A DNA stretch of 64,000 nucleotides from an uncultured Chloroflexia bacterium (GTDB lineage: Bacteria; Chloroflexota; Limnocylindria; Limnocylindrales; CSP1-4). The stretch lies in assembly GCA_963828165.1 (NCBI GenBank), contig CAWHDR010000001.1:2336001-2400000 (forward strand), given 5' to 3'. The notes beneath the pieces are model-generated. The model saw nothing but the letters and a program-made list of their open reading frames with translations, ran no database searches and was not told the origin of the DNA. The first letter of the stretch is position 1. The number at the start of each line of letters is the position of its first letter. The position numbers and the translations under genes were made by a program. Of the stretch, positions 46,899 to 56,979 are shown piece after piece.

Positions 46899-47438
46899 AT
46901 GGCACGCATCGACCCGAACAAGCTCGCGCTCGAGGAGCGCGTCGTCCAGATCAACCGAGTGGCCAAGGTCGTCAAGGGTGGCCGCCGCTTCAGCTTCAGC
47001 GCGGTCGTCGTCGTCGGTGACGGCGCCGGGCACGTCGGTGTGGGCCTGGGCAAGGCCGGCGAAGTGCCGGAGTCCATCCGCAAGGGCGTCGAGGACGCAA
47101 AGAAGAACGTCATCAAGATCCCGATGGTCGGGACGACGATCCCGCACGAGGTGCAGGTCGTGTTCCGCGCCAGCAGCGTCCTGCTGAAGCCAGCCTCGCA
47201 GGGCACGGGCGTCATCGCCGGTGGCTCGGTCCGGGCCGTCCTCGAGTCGGCCGGCGTCCGCGACATCCTGTCCAAGGTCCACGGGTCGACCAACCCGGTC
47301 AACGTGACCCGCGCGACCATCGAGGCGCTGCGCAGCCTGCATTCGGCCGAGGAGCTGGGTGCACGACGCGGGGTGAAGCTGGTCAGCCGGATCTCCGGTC
47401 AGCCGGCGGCGACCGCGGAGGTGGCCGATGGCCGGTAA
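46899..47438 (+). CDS. rpsE: 30S ribosomal protein S5
   Basis: [23 protein letters not shown]. Confidence 0.98.
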   Translation: MARIDPNKLALEERVVQINRVAKVVKGGRRFSFSAVVVVGDGAGHVGVGLGKAGEVPESIRKGVEDAKKNVIKIPMVGTTIPHEVQVVFRASSVLLKPASQGTGVIAGGSVRAVLESAGVRDILSKVHGSTNPVNVTRATIEALRSLHSAEELGARRGVKLVSRISGQPAATAEVADGR

Positions 47439-47724
47439 GCTGAAGGTCACCCAGACCAAGAGCACGATCAGTCACATCGCCCGTAACCGGGCGACCGTCA
47501 AGGCCCTTGGCCTGCACGGCATCGGAAGCACCAGCGTCGTCGCGGACAACCCGGCGACCCGGGGCATGGTCCGTCAGGTCCGCTTCCTCGTGACCGTCGA
47601 GGAGATCGCCGAGTCGACCGAAGGGCGCGCACGGAAGGCAGACAAGGGCGGATCCAGGGACCAAGGTGCGGACACGGGCCGCTCCGAGGACTCCGAGGAT
47701 TCGAAGGAGAAGGCAACGGCATGA
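47428..47724 (+). CDS. rpmD: 50S ribosomal protein L30 with charged C-terminal extension
   Basis: [19 protein letters not shown]; between rpsE and rplO. Confidence 0.93.
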   Translation: MAGKLKVTQTKSTISHIARNRATVKALGLHGIGSTSVVADNPATRGMVRQVRFLVTVEEIAESTEGRARKADKGGSRDQGADTGRSEDSEDSKEKATA

Positions 47725-48704
47725 GACTCCACGACCTGCGCCCGCCAGAAGGTTCGCGCAAGGAGCGGACACGCGTCGGCCGCGGCATCGCCGCCGGCAA
47801 GGGCAAGACCGCGGGCCGCGGCACGAAGGGCCAGAAGGCGCGGGCCGGCGGCTCCATCCCGCCGTGGTTCGAGGGTGGCCAGACGCCGCTCCATCAGCGC
47901 ATCCCCAAGCTCCGCGGCTTCAAGAACCGCTTCAGGATCGAATACGAGATCGTGAACGTTGGCGATATCGGGGCGGCCGCCGAGCGCGGCGCGTTCGAGG
48001 CCGAGGCGGCCGATGCGAAGCCCACGGGCAAGACCAAGGCACCGACGCAGATCACGGTCAATCAGGACATCCTGCGGGCCGTGGGTCTGGTTCGGAGCCT
48101 GGACAAGCCACTCAAGATCCTCGGGAACGGCGAGCTGTCGGCACCGCTCTTCGTCGTGGCCGATGGGTTCACCGCATCCGCGCGAGCGAAGATCGAGGCC
48201 GCCGGCGGCACGGTCAACGTGCTCGAGGTCCCGACCGCACCGCTGCAGGCGATCGGCGTGGAGTCCGGCGACGAGCGCACCCCGGCGAAGCTGTCCCGTG
48301 GCGGTCAGGCCGCGGCGGACAAGGCCGATCGCGCCCGGGCCGCACGCGCCGAGGATGCCGAGGCTGCCGAAGCGGCGCCCGTGACCGCAGCCAAGGCGCC
48401 GTCCGCGCCCGAGGCCGACGAAGCCGACGAGGCCGAAGCGCCGACTGCGCCCGCCGCGGAGGCCGCAGATGCCGACGCGTCCGCCACGACCGAGGTGGAG
48501 GCCTCCTCCCCTGAGGCCGCGACCGCCGCACCGACCGAGGACGCCGCCGAGTCGGCCACGCCGGCGAAGCCGCGCCGCGCCTCGAAGACCAAGGCCGCCG
48601 CGACCGACGCCAAGCCGTCGGCCGAGGCCGAATCGACACCCGAACCCGAGACCGCGAGTGCGGCAACCGACGAGGCCGAGACCGCGTCCGGCGACGACGC
48701 CTAG
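47721..48704 (+). CDS. rplO: 50S ribosomal protein L15 with ~145-aa acidic Ala/Glu/Pro tail
   Basis: RVGRG..GKGKTAGRGTKGQKAR, FEGGQTPL, KILGNG, KIEAAGG. Confidence 0.97.
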   Translation: MRLHDLRPPEGSRKERTRVGRGIAAGKGKTAGRGTKGQKARAGGSIPPWFEGGQTPLHQRIPKLRGFKNRFRIEYEIVNVGDIGAAAERGAFEAEAADAKPTGKTKAPTQITVNQDILRAVGLVRSLDKPLKILGNGELSAPLFVVADGFTASARAKIEAAGGTVNVLEVPTAPLQAIGVESGDERTPAKLSRGGQAAADKADRARAARAEDAEAAEAAPVTAAKAPSAPEADEADEAEAPTAPAAEAADADASATTEVEASSPEAATAAPTEDAAESATPAKPRRASKTKAAATDAKPSAEAESTPEPETASAATDEAETASGDDA

Positions 48705-48709
48705 ATCCC

Positions 48710-49990
48710 GTGTTCGAATCCCTCCTGAACGCCTTCCGGGCGCCGGACATCCGGCGCCGGATCCTGGTCGTCCTGGGCCTGCTCATCGCCTTCCGGTTCC
48801 TGGCCGCCGTGCCGGTCCCGGGGATCGATCGCGCCCAGCTCGCCACCTTCCTGGAGGGCAACCCGCTGTTCGGGTTGCTGAACCTGTTCTCCGGCGGCGG
48901 TCTGTCCAACTTCTCGGTCGTGGCACTGGGCCTGAATCCCTACATCAACGCGTCGATCATCATGCAGTTGATGCAGGGCGTCGTGCCCTCCCTCCAGGCG
49001 CTCAGCCGGGAAGGGGAGTTCGGGCGCAACAAGATCACCCAGTACACGCGCTACCTGTCGGTGCCGATGGCGTTGCTGCAGTCGTACGGGTTCCTCGCAC
49101 TCCTCAATAACAGCAACGTCCTGACCGGCAGCTTCGACCTGGGCAGCTACGACACGCTGACCCAGATCGCGACGCTCACGGCCGGGTCGATCGCGCTGAT
49201 GTGGATCGGCGAGCTCATCACCGAACGGGGCATCGGCAACGGCATCAGCTTCGTGATCTTCGCGGGCATCGTCAGCCAGGCGCCTAGCGCCATCGGGGCG
49301 TTCCTGGCGAGCCCGAACATCGCGATGTTCATCGCCTTCGGCCTCGTCGCCATCGCAGCCGTGGCCGTGATCATCTACATCCAGGAGGGCCAGCGCCGGA
49401 TCCCGGTCCAGTACGCCAGCCGCGTGCGCGGCCGGCGGATGTACCAGGGCGGCCAGACGTTCCTGCCGCTGCGCGTCAACCAGGCGGGCGTCATCCCGAT
49501 CATCTTCGCGGTCAGCATCCTGCTGTTCCCGGTCCAGCTCGCGTCGTACTTCACGGCGTCGGACATCCAGATCGTGCGCGACATCGCGAGCGGGATCGTC
49601 TTCCTGTTCAATCCGAACTCGATCTTCTACATCGTCGCCTACTTCCTGCTCACGGTCGGCTTCACGTACTTCTATACGGCCTTCACCTTCAAACCGGACG
49701 AGACCGCCGAACAGTTGCGCAAGAACGGCGGCTTCATCCCGGGCATCCGCCCGGGCCGTCCGACACAGGATTACCTTGCCCGCGTCGTGAGCAGGATCAC
49801 GTTCGCAGGCGCCATGTTCCTGGCGATCGTCGCGGTGTCGCCGTCGTTGCTCGGTCTCGCCTTTCCGGAGCTCGGGGCGATCGGTCTCGGTGGCACGAGC
49901 CTGCTGATCGTCGTGTCCGTCGTGGTCGAGACGATGAAGCAGATCGAAGCGCAGCTCATGATGCGCAACTACGAAGGCTTCATCAGATGA
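48710..49990 (+). CDS. secY: Preprotein translocase subunit SecY
   Basis: PYINASII, GIGNGIS, AGVIPIIFA, FIPGIRPG, GGTSLLI. Confidence 0.99.
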   Translation: MFESLLNAFRAPDIRRRILVVLGLLIAFRFLAAVPVPGIDRAQLATFLEGNPLFGLLNLFSGGGLSNFSVVALGLNPYINASIIMQLMQGVVPSLQALSREGEFGRNKITQYTRYLSVPMALLQSYGFLALLNNSNVLTGSFDLGSYDTLTQIATLTAGSIALMWIGELITERGIGNGISFVIFAGIVSQAPSAIGAFLASPNIAMFIAFGLVAIAAVAVIIYIQEGQRRIPVQYASRVRGRRMYQGGQTFLPLRVNQAGVIPIIFAVSILLFPVQLASYFTASDIQIVRDIASGIVFLFNPNSIFYIVAYFLLTVGFTYFYTAFTFKPDETAEQLRKNGGFIPGIRPGRPTQDYLARVVSRITFAGAMFLAIVAVSPSLLGLAFPELGAIGLGGTSLLIVVSVVVETMKQIEAQLMMRNYEGFIR

Positions 49991-50158
49991 TGTCGACAAG
50001 CCTGACGGCCCATCCGAGCGTTGCCGGCTCCGCGCCCTCCCTCACGCAGGAACCCTCGGGCCGATGGCTCGCGGGGCGTCGCCTCGGACCTCGGGGGGTA
50101 GTGCGCTCGCTCGGGTGCTCGCCGGCGCCTTCGGCTGGACTCGCCATGCTTGCCGACA
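49991..50158. mobile_element. ~170-bp palindromic MITE/RPE-like element containing copy B (50052-50096) of the 45-nt repeat
   Basis: Imperfect ~38-bp terminal inverted repeats (TGTCGACAAGCCTG... / ...CATGCTTGCCGACA); internal CTCACGCA...TGCGCTCGC. Confidence 0.65.
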
Positions 50159-50177
50159 GGTATCGCGCGCGTTCGTC

Positions 50178-50855
50178 ATGACGGTCGTCGTGCTTCTTGG
50201 CGGCCCTGGGTCGGGGAAGGGCACGCAGGCGGAGATCCTCGCCGAGCGTTTGGGGATCCCGCATGTCGCCACGGGCGACCTGTTCCGGGCCGCCGTACGC
50301 GATGCCTCACCGATCGGTCTTGAGGCACGGCGCTACATGGAGCGTGGCCAGCTCGTCCCCGACGACATCACCATCCAGATGCTCCTGGACCGCCTGGAGG
50401 CGTCCGACGCCGCCGACGGCGTCCTGCTGGACGGGTTTCCACGCAACCGCGCCCAGGCGGGGGCGCTCGCGACCGCGCTCGGGGAGCGGGGTTCGCAGGT
50501 CGACCGAGCCATCAACATCGAGGTACCCACCGACGAGCTCGTACGGCGGCTGTCGGGGCGCTGGGTCTGTCGCGACGCTGGGCACGTGTACAACGAGTCC
50601 ACCAACCCGCCACAGGCCGAGGGTCGGTGCGACATCGACGGATCACCGCTCGTCCAGCGCGCGGACGACAAGCCCGAGACCATCCGGGCGCGACTGACCC
50701 AGCAGCTGGCCAGCCTCAACGATGTCGTCGACTACTACGACGTGGCCGGGCTCCTGCGCGTCGTCGACGGCGTCCAGGAGATCGATCGCGTGGCCGATGA
50801 CGTGCTCGCCGCCGTCACGAGCGACGCGCCCAGCGGCGCCACGGGCGCGGGCTGA
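50178..50855 (+). CDS. adk: Adenylate kinase
   Basis: GGPGSGKGTQA, LDGFPR, LID domain. Confidence 0.97.
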   Translation: MTVVVLLGGPGSGKGTQAEILAERLGIPHVATGDLFRAAVRDASPIGLEARRYMERGQLVPDDITIQMLLDRLEASDAADGVLLDGFPRNRAQAGALATALGERGSQVDRAINIEVPTDELVRRLSGRWVCRDAGHVYNESTNPPQAEGRCDIDGSPLVQRADDKPETIRARLTQQLASLNDVVDYYDVAGLLRVVDGVQEIDRVADDVLAAVTSDAPSGATGAG

Positions 50856-50856
50856 G

Positions 50857-51621
50857 GTGGTCACTCGCAAGTCGCGCGCGGAGATCGAGCGCATGCGCCG
50901 AGCCGGCCGCATCGTCGCCGAGGTTCTCGCCCTCGTGGAGGGCGAGCTCAAGCCAGGCGTCACCACCGGCCACCTCGACCGCCTCGCGGAGGCTCACATC
51001 CGCAAGGCCGGCGCGGTCCCATCCTTCAAGGGGTATCCCGGCATCAACCCGCGCCGCCCGTTTCCCGGCAGCCTGTGCATCTCCATCGACGACGAGATCG
51101 TGCACGGCATCCCGGGCGAGCGAGCCATCCGGGCGGGCCAGGTCGTATCGATCGATGCCGGCGCCATCGTCGAGGGGTGGCATGGCGACGCCGCGCGGAC
51201 CTTCTACGTCGGCGAGCCGCCGGCCGAGGTCCGTCAGCTGATCGACACGACCCGGAAAGCGATGATGGCCGGCATCGCCGCCGCCGTTCCGGGCAATCAC
51301 ATCGAGGACATCTCGGCCGCCGTCGAGGACGCGGCCAAGCCGCACGGGTTCGGCGTCATCCGCCAGTTCGTCGGGCACGGGATCGGTACGTCGATGCACG
51401 AGGACCCGCAGGTCCCGAACTACCGCACCGGTCGCCGCGGCCGCAAGCTGGAGCCCGGGCTGTGCCTCGCCATCGAGCCGATGTTCACGCTCGGTGACTA
51501 CCGAGCCCACGTCCTCGCCGACGACTGGACCGTCTCGACGGTCGACGGCTCGCTCGCCGCCCACTTCGAGGACTCGATCGCCGTAACGGAGGGAGGACCC
51601 GAGATCCTCACTGCCATCTGA
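50857..51621 (+). CDS. map: Methionine aminopeptidase type I
   Basis: VHGIP, GDAART, GHGIG..MHEDP, AIEPM, AHFE. Confidence 0.97.
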   Translation: MVTRKSRAEIERMRRAGRIVAEVLALVEGELKPGVTTGHLDRLAEAHIRKAGAVPSFKGYPGINPRRPFPGSLCISIDDEIVHGIPGERAIRAGQVVSIDAGAIVEGWHGDAARTFYVGEPPAEVRQLIDTTRKAMMAGIAAAVPGNHIEDISAAVEDAAKPHGFGVIRQFVGHGIGTSMHEDPQVPNYRTGRRGRKLEPGLCLAIEPMFTLGDYRAHVLADDWTVSTVDGSLAAHFEDSIAVTEGGPEILTAI

Positions 51622-51704
51622 TGGAGCGGATACGGGAGACACGGGCCTGCGGCATCCGCACCGAGGACACTCGTCCGAGGTCCCGAGATCCTCACTGCCG
51701 TTTG
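51593..51704. repeat. 28-bp direct repeat (3 mismatches) duplicating the 3' end of map, 84 bp apart
   Basis: GAGGACCCGAGATCCTCACTGCCATCTG (51593-51620) vs GAGGTCCCGAGATCCTCACTGCCGTTTG (51677-51704). Confidence 0.85.
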
Positions 51705-51712
51705 GACGGCAG

Positions 51713-51741
51713 TTGCTCGGAACGGCGACTTTTGATACGCT
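51713..51741 (+). promoter_or_regulatory. Internal promoter for the infA/alpha operon
   Basis: TTGCTC-N17-TACGCT with extended TG. Confidence 0.55.
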
Positions 51742-51806
51742 ACGCGTTCGTGTGTCGGCCCGCCTTGGGCCGACACTGCGCGTGAGAAAGGGAAGCACGT
51801 AAGCCT

Positions 51807-52025
51807 GTGGCCAAGAAGGACGCGATCGAAGTCGAAGGGACGGTGATCGAACCGCTCCCCAACACGATGTTCGCAGTCGAGCTGGAGAACGGCCACCGTG
51901 TGCTCGCCCATATCAGCGGCAAACTTCGGATGAATTTCATCCGGATCCTGCCCGGTGACCGCGTCCGCGTCGAGTTGTCGCCATACGACCTGACTCGCGG
52001 TCGGATCACGTACCGACTCAAGTGA
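51807..52025 (+). CDS. infA: Translation initiation factor IF-1
   Basis: [32 protein letters not shown]. Confidence 0.98.
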   Translation: MAKKDAIEVEGTVIEPLPNTMFAVELENGHRVLAHISGKLRMNFIRILPGDRVRVELSPYDLTRGRITYRLK

Positions 52026-52059
52026 ACAGCACCACCACACGAACACGATCGAGGATCCG

Positions 52060-52173
52060 TTGAAAGTCAGAGCTTCCGTCAAGGCGCGCTGCGACAACTG
52101 CAAGGTCATCCGACGCCACGGCACCGTGATGGTCATCTGCACCAATCCCAAGCACAAGCAACGGCAGGGGTAA
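52060..52173 (+). CDS. rpmJ: 50S ribosomal protein L36
   Basis: Read by hand (below ORF-track cutoff): TTG start, [37 protein letters not shown]. Confidence 0.97.
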   Translation: MKVRASVKARCDNCKVIRRHGTVMVICTNPKHKQRQG

Positions 52174-52176
52174 CAG

Positions 52177-52548
52177 ATGGCACGCATCGCCGGCGTCGAT
52201 ATCCCGCGTGAGAAGCGCGTCGAGATCGCCCTCACGTATGTCTTCGGGATCGGTCTGCCCACCAGCCAGAAGATCCTCGCCCAGACCAACATCAATCCGG
52301 ACACCCGCGTCCGCGACCTCACCGAGGAGCAGGTCAACCGCCTGCGCGAGCTGATCGACCGGCGCTACAAGGTGGAGGGCGACCTCCGCCGCGAGACCGC
52401 GCTCAACATCAAGCGCCTCATCGAGATCGGCTCGTACCGCGGCCTCCGCCACCGGCGCAACCTGCCGGTCCGCGGCCAACGCACCAAGACCAACGCTCGC
52501 CAGCGGCGCGGACCGAAGAAGACGGTCGGCGTGCGGCGCAAGAAGTGA
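52177..52548 (+). CDS. rpsM: 30S ribosomal protein S13
   Basis: [28 protein letters not shown]. Confidence 0.99.
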   Translation: MARIAGVDIPREKRVEIALTYVFGIGLPTSQKILAQTNINPDTRVRDLTEEQVNRLRELIDRRYKVEGDLRRETALNIKRLIEIGSYRGLRHRRNLPVRGQRTKTNARQRRGPKKTVGVRRKK

Positions 52549-52565
52549 CGAGGGACTGACCAGGC

Positions 52566-52961
52566 ATGGCGGAACGCAAGCGAGCGGTCAAGACGCGTCG
52601 GCGGGAGAAGAAGAACGTGCCCCAGGGCCACGTTCACATCCAGGCCACGTTCAACAACACGATCATCACGATCACCGACCTCAACGGCGCGGTCATCAGC
52701 TGGGGCTCGGCCGGGGTGGCCGGGTTCAAGGGATCGCGCAAGAGCACGCCCTATGCGGCAGCGCTCTCGGCCGACGGCGCCGCCAAGCGTGCGATGGAGC
52801 ACGGCATGCGCCAGGTCGAGGTCTACGTGAAGGGCCCGGGTGCCGGTCGCGAGCAAGCCATCCGCTCGCTCCAGGCCGCCGGTCTCGAGGTCAGCGCGAT
52901 CACCGACGTCACGCCCATCCCGCACAACGGTTGTCGCCCGCCCAAGCGACGCCGCGTCTAG
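52566..52961 (+). CDS. rpsK: 30S ribosomal protein S11
   Basis: [33 protein letters not shown]. Confidence 0.99.
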   Translation: MAERKRAVKTRRREKKNVPQGHVHIQATFNNTIITITDLNGAVISWGSAGVAGFKGSRKSTPYAAALSADGAAKRAMEHGMRQVEVYVKGPGAGREQAIRSLQAAGLEVSAITDVTPIPHNGCRPPKRRRV

Positions 52962-52973
52962 GCTCGAGGACCA

Positions 52974-53600
52974 ATGGCCCGCTACACCGAATCCGTCTGC
53001 CGCATCTGTCGCCGTGAGGGTGCCAAGCTCTTCCTGAAGGGCTCGCGCTGCTACACGAAGAAGTGCGCCTTCGAGCGCCGTCCCACCCCGCCCGGCCAGC
53101 ACGGCGTCCGCCGCCGCAAGGTCGGCGAGTACGGCCTCCAGCTGCGCGAGAAGCAGAAGGTCCGCAAGACCTACGGCGTGCTGGAACGACAGTTCCGCAA
53201 CTACTTCATCGCGGCGGAGAACCGCCCCGGTGTGACCGGCGAGAACCTGCTTCGTTCGCTCGAGCTGCGCTTCGACAACGTCGTCTACCGGGCGGGCTTC
53301 GCGCCCTCCCGAGCGGCCGCCCGCCAGCTCGTGAACCACGGCCACTTCGCCGTGAACGGCGTGCCCACCAACATCTCGTCCTACCAGCTCAAGCCAGGCG
53401 ACAAGATCGAGGTCCGGGAGATCCGCCGCGACCGGGAGCCGTTCAAGGTCGCCAAGGAGACCCTCAAGAATCACCAGGCGCCGGAATGGCTGACCATCGA
53501 CCCGGTCAACCTGTCCGGCTCCATCGCCACTCCGCCAAGCCGCGACCAGATGCCGCTCGATCTCAACGAGCAGCTCGTGGTCGAGTACTACTCGAGGTAA
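52974..53600 (+). CDS. rpsD: 30S ribosomal protein S4
   Basis: N-terminal Cys cluster, [22 protein letters not shown]. Confidence 0.99.
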   Translation: MARYTESVCRICRREGAKLFLKGSRCYTKKCAFERRPTPPGQHGVRRRKVGEYGLQLREKQKVRKTYGVLERQFRNYFIAAENRPGVTGENLLRSLELRFDNVVYRAGFAPSRAAARQLVNHGHFAVNGVPTNISSYQLKPGDKIEVREIRRDREPFKVAKETLKNHQAPEWLTIDPVNLSGSIATPPSRDQMPLDLNEQLVVEYYSR

Positions 53601-53610
53601 CTGACTACTC

Positions 53611-54600
53611 ATGATCGAACTCGAGAACCCGCAGATCGAGCCTGTCGAGGAAGCCGGCACGTACGCCAAGTACGAGGCCGGACCGCTCCAGGCCGGCTAC
53701 GGCGTGACCCTCGGAAACGCGCTCCGGCGCGTCCTCCTGTCCTCGCTCGAGGGCGCCGCGGTCACGAGCATCCAGATCCGCGACGTGTACCAGGAGTTCT
53801 CGACGATCCCCGGCGTCAAGGAAGACGTCACCCAGATCGTCCTGAACGTCAAGAAGCTGCGACTGAAGAGCTTCGCCGCTCATCCAGTCCAGCTCCGCCT
53901 CATCAAGAGCGGCGCGGGCGCCGTGACGGCCGCCGACGTGGCCGAGTCGGCCGACGTCGAGATCATCAATCCCGAGCTCGTCCTCATGACGCTCGACACG
54001 GACGACGTCACGATCGAGATGGACCTGACCGTCGAGCGCGGCGTCGGCTACCTCGGCGCGGAGCGCGCGGAGGCCCTGCCGATCGGGGTCATCGCCGTGG
54101 ACGCGATCTTCACGCCGGTCCGCAAGGTCAACTACTGGATCGAGAGCATGCGCGTCGGTCAGGTGACCAACTTCGACAAGCTCACGATCGAGATCGAGAC
54201 CGACGGGACGATCACCCCGGAGGAGGCGCTCAGCCGCTCCGCCGAGATCCTCGTCAACCAGTTCCGTCCGTTCGTGACGATCGGCATGGCCGCCGTCCCG
54301 CAGGCGGTCGCCACCGGCATCGCGGCGCTGCCGCCGAACATGCTCGACATGCCCATCGAGGAGCTCGATCTCCCGATGCGCGCCTACAACTCGCTCAAGC
54401 GCAACAACATCGTCAAGGTGGGGCAGCTGCTCCAGCTCAAGGACGACGAGCTGCTGCGGATGCGCAACTTCGGCAAGAAGTCGCTCGACGAGATGAAGGA
54501 GCGCCTCCGCATGCGCGGCTTCATCGTCCCCGAGACGGAGACGGACGGCCTCGATGACCTCGACGGCGACGAGCCGTTCGAAGACGAGACCGAGGACTGA
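53611..54600 (+). CDS. rpoA: RNA polymerase alpha subunit
   Basis: GYGVTLGNALRRVLLSS, DAIFTPV, alpha-CTD RNFGKKS. Confidence 0.99.
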   Translation: MIELENPQIEPVEEAGTYAKYEAGPLQAGYGVTLGNALRRVLLSSLEGAAVTSIQIRDVYQEFSTIPGVKEDVTQIVLNVKKLRLKSFAAHPVQLRLIKSGAGAVTAADVAESADVEIINPELVLMTLDTDDVTIEMDLTVERGVGYLGAERAEALPIGVIAVDAIFTPVRKVNYWIESMRVGQVTNFDKLTIEIETDGTITPEEALSRSAEILVNQFRPFVTIGMAAVPQAVATGIAALPPNMLDMPIEELDLPMRAYNSLKRNNIVKVGQLLQLKDDELLRMRNFGKKSLDEMKERLRMRGFIVPETETDGLDDLDGDEPFEDETED

Positions 54601-54603
54601 CCC

Positions 54604-54957
54604 GTGGCGCATCGGATCGGAGGGCGCAAGCTCAGCCGCAAGCAGGGCCCGCGCCTGAGCCTGTACAAGAATCTGGCCGTGTCGGTCATCCGGTACGAGC
54701 GCGTCAAGACCACCGAGGCCAAGGCCAAGGAGATCTCGGGCCGCGTCGAGAAGATCATCACGCTGGCCAAGAAGGGTGACCTCGCGGCCCGCCGCGCGGT
54801 CGTCGCCCAATTCCCCAATGAGCCGCTCGTCGTGAACAAGCTGTTCGACGAGATCGCGCCCAAGTACGCCGACCGAACGTCCGGGTTCACCCGGATCGTG
54901 AAGATCGGTCAGCGCCGCGGTGACGCGGCGGAAATCGTCCAGATCGAACTGGTCTAG
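54604..54957 (+). CDS. rplQ: 50S ribosomal protein L17
   Basis: TTEAKAKE, GFTRIVK..RRGDAA. Confidence 0.97.
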   Translation: MAHRIGGRKLSRKQGPRLSLYKNLAVSVIRYERVKTTEAKAKEISGRVEKIITLAKKGDLAARRAVVAQFPNEPLVVNKLFDEIAPKYADRTSGFTRIVKIGQRRGDAAEIVQIELV

Positions 54958-54963
54958 CAAACG

Positions 54964-55752
54964 ATGCCCGAGAGGGCGTCCCCGCGGCGCTTCCGCGCCA
55001 GGGTCGAATACGACGGCACCGACTTCGCCGGGTTTCAGGTGAATCCCGGAAAGAGGACGGTGCAGGGGGTCCTCGAAGACGCCCTGGTGCGACTCGGCGA
55101 CGGGCGGCACCGGAGGGTCGACGGGGCCGGACGCACGGACGCGGGCGTGCATGCCACGGGACAGGTCATCGCCTTCTCCTGGGATGGACGCCACACGGCG
55201 ACGGAGTTGGGTACAGCGCTCGAACGGGTGCTCCCGGCCGATGTCGCGGTCCACGACCTGCGCGAGGCACCCGAGGGGTTCCACCCCCGCTTCGCGGCGC
55301 GGTACCGGGAATACCGCTACACCGTCTGGAACGGGCCGCCCAGTCCGCTTCGCGAGCGCACCGCGCTCGGGGTGCGGGTCCCACTCGACACCGCCGCGAT
55401 GGCGCGGGCCGGGTCGGTCTTCATCGGCCGGCACGACTTTCGAGCCTTCGGGGCGTCGGACCGCTCACCGGTCCGGACCGTCATGGCGGTCCGGGTCCGG
55501 CGGCAGGGCCGGCTCGTCACGATCGACGTGCGAGCCGACTCGTTCCTGCGGGGACAGGTCCGCCGCATGGTGGCCGTCCTCGTGGAGGTCGGTCTCGGAA
55601 AGATGGATGACACAGCGGTCCGATCGGCACTCGCCGGTGCGGAACCGGCCTTCAAGGGGACAGCGGTCCCGGCGAAGGGCCTGTGCCTCCGACGCGTCGC
55701 CTTCGGGCGGCCGGTCGGAAGCGACATGAACGGAGAACACGAGGAACGATGA
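54964..55752 (+). CDS. truA: tRNA pseudouridine(38-40) synthase
   Basis: YDGTDFAGFQ, AGRTDAGVHA, GRHDF, FLRGQVR. Confidence 0.97.
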   Translation: MPERASPRRFRARVEYDGTDFAGFQVNPGKRTVQGVLEDALVRLGDGRHRRVDGAGRTDAGVHATGQVIAFSWDGRHTATELGTALERVLPADVAVHDLREAPEGFHPRFAARYREYRYTVWNGPPSPLRERTALGVRVPLDTAAMARAGSVFIGRHDFRAFGASDRSPVRTVMAVRVRRQGRLVTIDVRADSFLRGQVRRMVAVLVEVGLGKMDDTAVRSALAGAEPAFKGTAVPAKGLCLRRVAFGRPVGSDMNGEHEER

Positions 55753-56180
55753 ACGCGAAGACCTATACGGTCCGGGAGAGCGAGATCGAGCGACGCTGGT
55801 ACGTCGTTGACGCGACGGACGAGACCCTCGGCCGCCTCGCCTCGCGCATCGCGCCGGTCCTCGAGGGCAAGCACAAGCCCACGTACGCGCCGAATCTCGA
55901 CTCGGGCGATCACGTGATCGTGCTCAACGCCGGCCGGATCGCCGTGACGAGCGACAAGCTGGAGAGCAAGGTCTACGCCCGCCACAGCGGCTACCCGCAG
56001 GGCTTCAAGGAGGAGACCCTGGGTCACCTCCTCGGCCGGCGGCCGGAGGAAGTCATCCGCCGAGCCGTCAAGGGCATGCTGCCGCACACCCGACTCGGTG
56101 CCCAGCAGCTGCGCAAGCTGAAGATCTACGCCGGATCGGATCATCCCCATCAGGCTCAGCAGCCTGAGCCGCTCGCCTGA
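55749..56180 (+). CDS. rplM: 50S ribosomal protein L13
   Basis: [30 protein letters not shown]. Confidence 0.98.
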   Translation: MNAKTYTVRESEIERRWYVVDATDETLGRLASRIAPVLEGKHKPTYAPNLDSGDHVIVLNAGRIAVTSDKLESKVYARHSGYPQGFKEETLGHLLGRRPEEVIRRAVKGMLPHTRLGAQQLRKLKIYAGSDHPHQAQQPEPLA

Positions 56181-56197
56181 CGAGGAGCATCAAAACC

Positions 56198-56596
56198 ATG
56201 TCCATCCCCGCCTTCTACTCCGGGACCGGCCGCCGCAAGACGGCGATCGCTCGCGTCCGACTGCTGCCGGGCGAGGGTGAGATCGTGATCAACGGCCGAT
56301 CGCTCGATGAGCATTTCGGCAACGCGGTCAACGAGGCCGAGGTCCGCATGCCGTTCCGTGTGACCGGGACCGAGGGCCGCTTCAACGTCATGGTCAAGGT
56401 CGAAGGCGGCGGCGTCACCGGGCAGGCCGGCGCGATCCGGCACGGCATCGCCCGAGCGCTGCTCGAGGTCGACGATGCGGCCAACCGTGTGCCGCTGCGC
56501 CAGGCGGGGCTCCTGACGCGCGACCCGCGCATGAAGGAACGCAAGAAGTACGGGCTCAAGCGGGCACGCAAGGCGCCGCAGTACACCAAGCGCTAG
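56198..56596 (+). CDS. rpsI: 30S ribosomal protein S9
   Basis: [34 protein letters not shown]. Confidence 0.99.
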   Translation: MSIPAFYSGTGRRKTAIARVRLLPGEGEIVINGRSLDEHFGNAVNEAEVRMPFRVTGTEGRFNVMVKVEGGGVTGQAGAIRHGIARALLEVDDAANRVPLRQAGLLTRDPRMKERKKYGLKRARKAPQYTKR

Positions 56597-56660
56597 ACGC
56601 GCCCCTGCCGACCAACAATCGGTCGACGAGACCAGTTGACGGCGGCATTCGAATGTTCTG

Positions 56661-56948
56661 ATGCGGCTGGAGTTTCACGGCGAGATCACGTATTGGCGTG
56701 GGCCGTCGCCGTTCCACTTCATCGCGGTGCCTGAGCCCGGCTGCCGCGAGATCCGTGCGATCTCGTCGCTCGTCACGTACGGCTGGGGCGTCATCCCGGT
56801 CACGGTCCGTATCGGGGAAAGCGTGTGGACGACGTCACTGTTTCCCAAGAACGGTGGCTATCTGGTGCCCATCAAGGACGTCGTCCGGCGCGCGGAGGGG
56901 CTGGCACTCGGCGATGAACCCACCGTCTCCCTGACCATCGAGGCCTGA
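56661..56948 (+). CDS. DUF1905-domain protein
   Basis: WRGPSPFHF, YGWGVIPV, WTTSLFPK..YLVPIK..VR.AE family pattern. Confidence 0.8.
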   Translation: MRLEFHGEITYWRGPSPFHFIAVPEPGCREIRAISSLVTYGWGVIPVTVRIGESVWTTSLFPKNGGYLVPIKDVVRRAEGLALGDEPTVSLTIEA

Positions 56949-56979
56949 GCAGACCCGCTGGCGACGCTACAGTGAGGCG

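Noticed and set aside
56636-56660. LexA/SOS box upstream of the DUF1905 gene (CATTCGAATGTTC)
   Set aside because: Only a half match to GAAC-N4-GTTC; a short palindrome of this kind is expected by chance.
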